A DNA stretch of 64,000 bases from Ctenodactylus gundi (Eukaryota): the NCBI GenBank assembly GCA_048771875.1, contig CM109711.1, forward strand, positions 4,303,768-4,367,767, written 5' to 3'. How positions within the stretch are numbered: the first letter of the stretch is position 1; each line of letters opens with the position of its first letter. The position numbers and the translations under genes are program-made. Below, one piece after another: positions 55,887 to 64,000 of the stretch. The notes beneath the pieces are model-generated. The model did not search any database. It had not been told where the DNA came from and worked only from the letters and a program-made list of their open reading frames with translations.

Positions 55887-56200
55887 CACGATCTGGGCAT
55901 AACAGCACACACCAAATCCAAGTACTGGGGAGGCTGAGCCAGGAGGATTGCCATGTGTTCAAGGCCAGCCTGGGCTCCGTAGTGAGTTCAGGACCAGCCA
56001 GGACTATAGAGCAAGACCCTGTGTCAATGCAACAACAAACCCCCAAAAAATCAGGTTTATGCTTTTATCATCTTACTAATAGCTAATATAGAGGCATATA
56101 ACACTTTTAAGTGACTCTGGACATGACAGGCTAAGAAGCAGCAAACACAAACCTAAAGACGAACCTGGGAAATCTTGTCTCAAAGTCGCATCTTTTTAAA

Positions 56201-56202
<2 letters not shown>

Positions 56203-56236
<34 letters not shown>
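56203..56236. repeat. (T)34 homopolymer (tail of minus-oriented SINE)
   Basis: Read directly from the sequence. Confidence 0.9.
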
Positions 56237-56237
<1 letters not shown>

Positions 56238-57347
56238 AGACAGGGTCTCACTCTGCAGCCCAGCTGGTTCTGAACTCACTATGGAGCCGAGGCTGGCCTG
56301 GACTCACAGCAATCCTCCTGTCTCAGCCTCCCATGTGCTTGGATTAACAGGCATGCAGCACCGTGCCCAGCTTATGTGGTGCTGGGGAACTGAACTCAAG
56401 CACTTTAACCACTGAGCCATTCCTCCAGCCCAAAAGTAAAACTTTAAACTATGACTTTCCTTATTTGTTTTTGTGGTACTGGAAACTGAACCAAAGGTTT
56501 CACACTGAGCTTTATCTTAGTCCACTTTTAATTTTGAGACAGGATCTTACTAAGTTGCTAAGATTACAGTCCTGCACCACACCTGGTTCCTTCTCTCTTT
56601 TCTTTTTCTTCTTCTTGTGGTACTCAAGATTGAGTCCCAGATCTTTACACTGAGCTACATCTCCAGCCCATTTTTTTTTTTATTTTTGATTTTGAGACAG
56701 GGATTCATTCAATTGTTAAGTTGCTCAGTATGAGCTGGGCCTAGTGACGCAAGCCTGTAATCTTAGCACTCTGGGAGGGTAAGGCAAGACAACCACAAGT
56801 TTGAGCTGAGACTAGATACCTCAGACCTTGTCAAAACATAAACAGGCCTGGGTATGGGGATATAGCTCAGTATGTAGGCCCTGGTTCAACTCCAGTACAA
56901 CAACAACAACAATAAAAAAGCTGGAGATGTAGCTCAGTACAAAGGTCCTTGGTTCAATTCCCAGTATCACAAAAGAAAACAAACCATCCTATAGTGGTCT
57001 AAAGTCTGAGAAACCAATGATCTTTTCAGGGATATTTATTAAGCAGCTACTACATGCCAGGTTAAAGACAGGAAAGGAAAAGCCTATGTCCTCCTGGAAT
57101 TCACATTCTAGTGGTGACAGAAAACATCATAATACAAAAGCAGATAGCCAGGGCACAAAGCAGGTAGACAAGGGGATGTAACCTGAGCTTGGTGGCAAGG
57201 AGGACCTCCCAGTGAGGTCACCGTGCAATGTGACAGGGACAGGGCACGCAGCAAGCTGGGGACAAGATTTTTCCCAAGCTCCCCTCAACCCAGGCCCTGA
57301 CTGAAGATGTCTCAAAGGAAATCAAGTCCACAGAGTGAAGCTCTGCC

Positions 57348-57353
57348 TTTATT
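57348..57353 (-). terminator. AATAAA on minus strand, candidate CDIPT polyA signal (alternative at 57045-57050)
   Basis: Read as TTTATT on the plus strand, about 480 nt downstream of the CDIPT stop. Confidence 0.3.
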
Positions 57354-57830
57354 ATGGAGGCTTCCAGGGCCTGGACAGACTGGACAAAAAGTCCCATGGG
57401 AAGGATCTAGACAGCAGCTTCCCTCCTGGGCATGGCACCCCAGACTCTGTGTGGCCAGGGGCAGATATTTGACTCTTATGTCTTTTGGGGATCTGCCCCT
57501 ATATCATCTCCCTCACTCAAGGGCCCCTAACCTCTCAGGCCAGGCCAGACTGCAGGGCTGAGCCAGCAGGGCATGCGGCTTACAGTCAGGTCTTCTGGCC
57601 CCCGAGCACCGGCTGTAAGGGCGTGGCTTCCTGAACATCCTTCTTGATTGCAGCCCAGGTCTCTGGAGACCACAGGCTTAGGCCCAGTCTTGAGGATTAC
57701 AGATACCGTGGTACCACTGAAGAGGCTGAACCCCATCCCAGCAGGCTGGAAAACACGTAGGAAGAGGTGAGACTGTGACCGCCTAGAGGAGGGGAGGGGG
57801 GCTGAAAGCTAGGAACTAGACATTCCAGGG

Positions 57831-57976
57831 TCACTTCTTCTTGGCACGGTCTGCCACGTCCAGGGCCGCTATGTTGCGGGCAGCAGTGATCAGGTGGACG
57901 ATGCTGATGAGAGACTTGAGCAAGGCGATGGGGGCAGTGATCCAGAGGCCCATTCGGAAAAGGCCCACAGAGCCCA
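57831..57976 (-). CDS. CDIPT: CDIPT last coding exon
   Basis: Reverse-strand translation (V)GSVGLFRMGLWITAPIALLKSLISIVHLITAARNIAALDVADRAKKK*. The stop is TGA (tca on plus) at 57831-57833. Confidence 0.88.
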
Positions 57977-60230
57977 CTGTGGAGAAAAGGAGGGGAGAAG
58001 GGAGACGGGGAGAGGGAGAAAGAGAGACTGAGGGGCTTGAGGCAGAGCCAGGCAGGGCGGGTCAGAAATCCACTCCCACCCTCCACCCAGCACCTCCCCA
58101 CCTACCTAATGGTCCTTCGGAGAAATGGAACAGGTAGAGGAGGCAGTAGAAGAGCTCATTTCCAGCACACAGCGTAAACAGGGCAGGCTGCACACAGTGC
58201 AAGGCTACTTAAGCAAGAGGCAAGGCCAGGTACCACCCACACCCAACACCAGGGTCCCTCCATTATTGAGGGCCCCCGTGCACCTTGGGGAATTACCCTT
58301 CTTTGTAAAGCTCCACCAGGGGGCTACCAAAGCTCCCAGATCAAAGGCAATGCTCTCCATCCCAACAACCGCCTCCCTGGCATTAGAGGCCTTACTGTCT
58401 CTCTCCCTCCCTCCAGCCACGGTTCCTTCCTGAGGGTATTCTAGCTTCCTGGCACTGCTGCTGGATTCACAGCTGCCCTCCCCACCAATCCTGCTGCTTG
58501 TAGTTCCAGCCCACAGGTACCACCCCCTTAATCCTCTCCTGGCCCTACACAGCCACAGAGTACTCTCTAGACCCAGGGCCAGGGTCCAGCCAGAACTTCT
58601 CTTCCACTAAGTGACAAGGGAGGGGCAGGACATGCTCACCCTGGAAGTGTAGTAGATCCAAAGCACCGGATTCCCAGACAGGTCGATCATCTTGTGACTC
58701 TCACTGCCTTGGACCACGGAACTTAGGGAGAAAACGGGGAACCGGAGTGTTCACAGCAGCTACTAGTATCCATGTAATCTTCACAACAGGGAGCATCACC
58801 CACATGGAATCCTAGAATATGCAGCTACACAGGGCCTGGGAATTGCTTAATCCCACTGTAAACATGACTGATGCTGATCTTAGACAGGGCTTGTCCAGAG
58901 TCCTTTTAATAAGGGAAATCTCGCAGGGCCTACTAACGCAGGCCTGTAATCCCAGCACTCTTGAAGGCAGAGGCAGGAGGATCACAACTTTGAGTCCAGC
59001 CTTGGCATCTTAGTAACTTAGTGAAACTTTGTCTCAGAATCAAAACTAAAAATGGACGGGGGATGTACTTTAGTGTGAAGGCCCTGGGCTTGATCCCCAG
59101 TATCACAAATAAATAAGTAAATAAAGCAAATCTTCCAAGGGGCTTCCCAAGAAGTCTGACCAAGACACCCTCCCCACCACAGTGTCCATAAATGGTCAGC
59201 ACTCCAGAACCACCCAAACAGACCTGTGGAGGTGCAGCCAGTGACTGGCCACATCCAAGCTCATGCTGAGCTGGAAGAGAAGGGTGGCTCGCGGGTACAG
59301 CAGGGCCAGGTTGACCAACAGACACATGGTGGCGCAACGATCTGTCAGCATGTCCAGCATGGCCCCAAAACGGGTTCCTGGAAAACGGGAACTATTAGGA
59401 AGGAGCTGTTGGGGACAGGGGACCACATTTGGTGTATCGCTCTGATGCAAGGTTTATATAAAATGACAACCGTGCCCAGGGAGGAAATCAGGCTGCCATG
59501 AGAAGGGTGTGAGACCGGTAGCAAGGGTCACCACAACCCACCAGGACAGACTGTGAGAGTACGAAGGGAACAGTACTGGAGGGGATGGGAAAGGTAGGTG
59601 TGTCTTCAACTCGACCCCAAAAACCAAGGCTTCAGGCAGGACCTTGGGAGAAGTCTGAGAAGTGGGTCAGACAACAACAGATTAATGAATCGGCCAACTC
59701 TCCAGAAGGCAGCCACTCCTCCCCTGGCCTCTCTCGACCTGCCTTCTGGAATCCCTACCGCTTGTACCCAACACCCAGGAGGCCCAGCAACACCTGTTGA
59801 ATGGAAAGGCTCAGACCAGCCTTCGTCTTCCACACCCTCAAGAGCTAGTGTAACTTAAAGCTCTTCTCCTACAAGACCAGCCAATTCTGTTCTGTCCTCT
59901 ACAGAAATTAGAAGAGCAGAGGCCGGTCTGCGGTGCCGGGCAGGCAAGTGTTGTCACCTTGATTAAGAGCCCGAGCAGCGTGTCCGTCGATAGCGTCCAG
60001 AAGTCCGCTGAGCAGGTAGAAGGAGGAGGCCGTGAGGGGGCAGCAGGGCATGAAGTAGAAAGCAACGATGGCGAAGACAATCCGGGCATAACCTTGGCAT
60101 GGACAAGGCAGACGGGGAAGGTTCAGTGAGCCTGCCCCCAGAGGGCCCGTGCCCTTCCGTTCGGCCCGGGCCACCAGCAGCGCTCACCTATGACATTAGG
60201 CACGAACAGGAAGATGTTTTCGCTTGGCAT
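57831..60230 (-). CDS. CDIPT: CDIPT (CDP-diacylglycerol--inositol 3-phosphatidyltransferase / PI synthase), 6 coding exons on minus strand: 60188-60230, 59958-60092, 59224-59377, 58640-58721, 58106-58187, 57831-57976; 213 aa
   Basis: Translation is MPSENIFLFVPNVI|GYARIVFAIVAFYFMPCCPLTASSFYLLSGLLDAIDGHAARALNQ|GTRFGAMLDMLTDRCATMCLLVNLALLYPRATLLFQLSMSLDVASHWLHLH|SSVVQGSESHKMIDLSGNPVLWIYYTSR|PALFTLCAGNELFYCLLYLFHFSEGPL|VGSVGLFRMGLWITAPIALLKSLISIVHLITAARNIAALDVADRAKKK*. It is collinear with human CDIPT (213 aa). Total 642 nt, with all phases and GT-AG sites consistent. Confidence 0.92.
58106..58187 (-). CDS. CDIPT: CDIPT exon 5
   Basis: Reverse-strand translation PALFTLCAGNELFYCLLYLFHFSEGPL, with a gtgtgcag acceptor and a gtaggt donor. 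Confidence 0.85.
58640..58721 (-). CDS. CDIPT: CDIPT exon 4
   Basis: Reverse-strand translation SVVQGSESHKMIDLSGNPVLWIYYTSR, with a taag acceptor and a gtgagc donor. Confidence 0.85.
59224..59377 (-). CDS. CDIPT: CDIPT exon 3 (CDP-alcohol phosphotransferase motif region)
   Basis: Minus ORF 59196..59450. Confidence 0.9.
59958..60092 (-). CDS. CDIPT: CDIPT exon 2
   Basis: Minus ORF 59908..60174 (GYARIVFAIVAFYFMPCCPLTASSFYLLSGLLDAIDGHAARALNQG). Confidence 0.9.
60188..60230 (-). CDS. CDIPT: CDIPT exon 1 (coding part; ATG at 60230-60228)
   Basis: Tail of minus ORF 60123..60953. A gtgagc donor follows. Confidence 0.88.
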
Positions 60231-60960
60231 CGCGGCGGTCCCCAACTCCACCAGCGTGGCCTCACCCTCCGGCCCGTCGCATCGACCACGCCACCTGCAC
60301 CCTGGACCCCGCGGTCCCCGCCCGGCCCCAGGTGATGAGCCTCGCAGTAGGCCAGCGCATGGGCCGAGCAGACGCGCGCGAACCCCGCCCGGCCGAGGGG
60401 ACGCTCGGGCCTCGCCTGCCCCGCCGGCGCCACCGCCTCCCGCGGCGACCTCGGCTCCGCCAGCGGCGCTAGGCTCCCGGAACCTCCTCCGAGCGAAAAA
60501 GCCGTAAACAGCTCTAAAACCCGGCTGCGTGTCTTTAAGACCGACCAGCTTCCTTTTCCTTTCCTCCGCCTGTTGGCATCGGCTCGTACCAAAGCACAAA
60601 GAGAGGAGGGGAGGACATAGAAGCTCCCGCGCCGAGCCAAGGACGGAACTGAAAAGGAAGAAGAAAAGGGCAGCGGGGTCTGCATACATCGCTCCAATTT
60701 CCTTGTAGGGAGGGCACAGTTTCCCGGAGACAAGGATAAGGCTGAAAGACGCCGACCCGCTGAGCTTCCGCCTCCCCGGAAGACCAAGGGACTTAGTACA
60801 GTCCACATTGTCCCCTCCCCGCCCCTTCAGGCCCCTGCGCTCCGCCCCCCCGGGCCGGTGGTGGCGGCTACTGAGGCTGGAAAAGGCTGGCGGCTGAGAG
60901 GCTCTTCCTCCTAGGGGCGCCTTAGTGGTGGGAGGATTCGGGCTCAGCTCCACCCTGCGT
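60231..60960 (-). promoter_or_regulatory. CDIPT 5'UTR and CpG-island promoter (likely bidirectional)
   Basis: A very CpG-rich block lies immediately upstream of the CDIPT ATG on the minus strand. Confidence 0.55.
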
Positions 60961-63900
60961 CGTCTACCAAACTTCTCTGTAGCGGCAGAGTCGTCGCCCC
61001 GGGAGGAACTGGGCGGGTCTGGAGGAACGAACAGGGCGTGTTAGGATAATCCCTTCGCCTTTGGTTCTAGAACCCCTAATCTCCTGGCAACCGGGCTGCA
61101 GAATGTTAAGGTTTCTGTACCAACCGGGAGCTACGCGCCCTGGTTCCCCGTCTTTCTAACCTTCCCCCCATCTCCTACACACCGTTTCCCACGAAACTGT
61201 AGGCCCTAGACCTCCCTTTTTCCCCACGTGACTCCAAGGTTTCCACCCGTCTGCTGGGGTTGGCTGCAAGTAGGTTGCCTGGGCTGGGAAGGACCGTGGG
61301 AGCTGGTATTCTCTTGGTGAAAGGGAACCCACCCCACCAAAAGAAAAAAGTGTATGACAGCGAAGTTTGGGAGGGGTTAGGGTTGAAGCAGAGTCTTGGT
61401 ATGTAGCCCGGGTTGGCCTTCAACTTGTGATCCTCCCGCCTCAGGCTCCTGTGTGCATGCCTGGCTCAAAAAAAAAGTTGTTTGTTGTGTTTTATTTCGT
61501 TTTCCAGGGAGAACTGAGCCAACCAAGTGTTTCATTAAGGCCTTGAGGAAGCCTGGCTTTGGGGAATGGTGGTGGCATGGGTTCTGGGGGAAAGTGGACT
61601 AGCTTCCCAACCTGACACAGGCTTTGATTGTTCCCAGAGAAATGGCTTCCACTCCCGCCTGGAAGGAGGAGAGCAAGGGCCGCTGGTCATCCCAGGCGGC
61701 GCTGCCCTTGAGTGGCGGGCTGGTGAGCTGGATCGGGTCCCTGCTCGGGAAGGTCTAGAGGCAGGCTGTACTGAGAGGAAGAAATCCCAGGCAGAGGGGG
61801 GCTCCAGTCCTGGGTCTGGGCGGCAAGCCGTCTTCATCCTGAGCTTTTGAGTCCTGAGGCCTGTGTAGACTTGCTCCCTCAGGTCTGGGACCTTCTGGTC
61901 AACCTTTAATACCACACTTTTCTGACCCAAGTTCCCAGCGTGGAAGCTCCCAAAAGGCAAGACTCCAGGGCTGAGCCCTCCTGACCTTTCCTTCCCCAGA
62001 AGGCTTCAGTATCCTGCTCTGAGGAATTACTGACTCGGATCAGCACAGAACTCACGGAAGAGGCCTTGTTTATTGCTCGCTGCCCCATGAATCCTGTGCC
62101 CACCAAGGAAAAGGAGACAAAAGACCAAGGGACCCAGATATCCAAACATGGTGATCCCCACCTCAGGATCACGTGTCCAGAGCCCCTCCCACGCTGCTAG
62201 TTCAAGCCCTAACCCCCTCTCCACTGTTGCTGATCTCACCAGGACTCTCCCCATTCTTGCCGTCCCTGAGCCAGTGTAGACACAGTGCCTCCTACCCAGT
62301 TCCCACTTCTCCCTGTCGCCCAGGAACCCCTTTGGCTCCCCTTTGGCCTAGTCACACCTCGTTGTGGCTTAGGGGACAGTCGTTTTGTGACTGAGGCCTC
62401 TCTTTCAGCATTCTTCACTAAGACCCGAGGCACAGACACCCGGTGAGTCAGTTGCTTCATGGGAGATGCCCCTTGTCGTCCTAGGTGGAGGATGAGCCTG
62501 GAGACAAGAGGGCCAGGGTTTGGCAACTTTGCATAGGGTGGGAGAGATTCAGAGCCCTGAAGTTTACCTGGCTCAGCCTCAGGTTCAGAGTTCTCAGCCT
62601 ACTCCTCTCTCTCTGCCATCCCCAGCGCTGACAGGAATTGTACCCGTACCAAGAGGCACCTCCTGCCGCCCCCTCATGAGAAGGTATGTACCGGCTGTTC
62701 AGTATCAACCAGGCATTTTGCAGGATATGTCAGTCCCTGTGTTAGGGAGTCTGGGACACAGAAATGAATGATGGAGTCACAGCCTTTGAAGAGGAAAGTC
62801 AAGGGAGCAGCTGATTAAAATATAATGTGATGAATATCCATAGTAGAAATGAAAACAATGAGGAAAAAAAAAGTACTTATGTAGCCAGTGTAGCTCAGTG
62901 ATTGAACACCTGCCTACCATGTGTGAGACCCAGGTTCGCTGTCCAGTGCTGAACACGTGAAAAGATAACTTATGTCCAAACCTCAACTGGGACAGGAAAT
63001 AAAGGAATCATGGAGCTTCCTGAAGGAAGTGATTCCTAAGGAAAGAATTTTCCAGGAAAGCAAGGGCCAGTAGGGGTTGCAGGAGTAAGGACACCAAGAC
63101 AAGTCTTAGTACAATGAGTGTGAGCAGTGTGTGCATGTGTGTGTGCACGCTCACCTGTGTGTGTGCTGAGGGCAGGGGGAGGGAGCGGTTCAAAGCATTT
63201 GAACTGATGGAGTCTGTAGGCAAGACAGACAGGGACTCACCAAGAGACTTATGTGTCTTTGTGACGATCCCTAGATGTTTTTCTGTGAGAGAGGGGTCAT
63301 TGCGTTTGATCAGGAAAGATAGGAATTTAAAATCCATCACTTTGGTGGTCAGTGGGAAAGGGGAGAGACTGGGGCCAGGGAAGCCAAGTGGGAATTATTC
63401 TAAAGACTCCAAGCTAGAAACGACTAGGTCCTAACCTGTCACAGTCACAGTAGATGGGGGGCTGGAAGGGACACTGATTAGAAATGGTAGAGGTAGAAGA
63501 TGCAGGTGACTGCCATATTCCTAACCTGAGCAACTGGAGTCTGCGTGTGTCATATTTCTTCTCTGTTTTTGGCCACAATTATTCTTTTTATTAATATTTG
63601 TTGATACTTGTCTTAGTTACTTTTTTGTTGCTGTGAATCAATTCCTGACATCCACAAATTTAGGAACTTTCTCTGGAACTTTGATGCCTCTAACTTGTTC
63701 CTCTTGTTTCCGTATTCCTACCCCTGGACATACTGTGCTCACGGGAGCTCAGGTACATCTTACAAGCAGCCTGTAGACAGTTGGTGATACGGATTCTAGC
63801 ACATGGGTGAGGTCTAGGCAGTGAATAGAGGGCTGGTCCCCAGGGCATCACAGGGAGTTGGCAGTTGACAGGAGGGGGTGTGCTTGCCCTGCGGTATTTT

Positions 63901-64000
63901 ATGTGCAGTAAGAAAGAAGCCAGCGCTGGAGATGGAGCTGTGGAGAATCTGTCCATTAAGGGATTGACAGAACAGGAGAATTTGCTGGGCCTGGTGCACA

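Noticed and set aside
55878-55900. PBS-like sequence (tttggggtgcccacgatctggg) right after the ERV 3' LTR, which would imply a 5' LTR or tandem provirus
   Set aside because: The similarity to the tRNA-Pro PBS is weak beyond TTTGGGG. The gatctgggcat...cacacc stretch is better explained as the degenerate 5' end of the abutting B1-like SINE, and PPT + env lie immediately upstream as expected for a 3' LTR.
60123-60953. 276-aa minus-strand ORF
   Set aside because: Only its last 15 codons (MPSENIFLFVPNVIG) are CDIPT exon 1. The rest is CpG-island 5'UTR read-through with low-complexity Gly/Ala/Arg/Pro composition.

Overview
This window is mammalian, not prokaryotic. It is a gene-dense, SINE-saturated stretch of a rodent-like (Glires) genome that matches the human 16p11.2 block PRRT2 - PAGR1 - MVP - CDIPT, with the same order and strands. 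It contains no CRISPR array, operon or defence/novel-system architecture.

Spliced gene models I reconstructed:
- PRRT2, + strand: 3'-terminal part only, CDS ending at 939.
- PAGR1, + strand: 3 coding exons, 2781-5897, 253 aa.
- MVP (major vault protein), + strand: 14 coding exons, 23852-40157, 888 aa, plus a probable non-coding first exon about 17 kb upstream.
- CDIPT, - strand: 6 exons, 57831-60230, 213 aa.
For each model the exon lengths sum to a multiple of 3, exon phases are consistent across every junction, and the translations match the known proteins.

The rest is repeat sequence. There are dozens of B1/Alu-like, tRNA-derived ID-like and composite (B4-like) SINEs in both orientations, several microsatellites, and a 17-bp x5 minisatellite derived from a SINE head. 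MVP intron 1 holds an L1 with 5'UTR monomers and ORF1 remnants. The MVP-CDIPT intergenic region holds a nested cluster: an L1 3' fragment on +, a solo-LTR-like insertion, an L1 ORF2 on -, and a 5'-truncated MLV-like gammaretroviral ERV (gag-pro-pol-env plus 3' LTR, 48495-55886).

The points most worth a second look are an apparent GC-AG intron in MVP (donor at 38277), an orphan CpG island inside MVP intron 1 (about 18300-18960), and the candidate MVP promoter/exon 1 overlapping the PAGR1 3' flank. Exon coordinates were anchored to the supplied ORF track. Species, UTR ends and promoter calls are inference.
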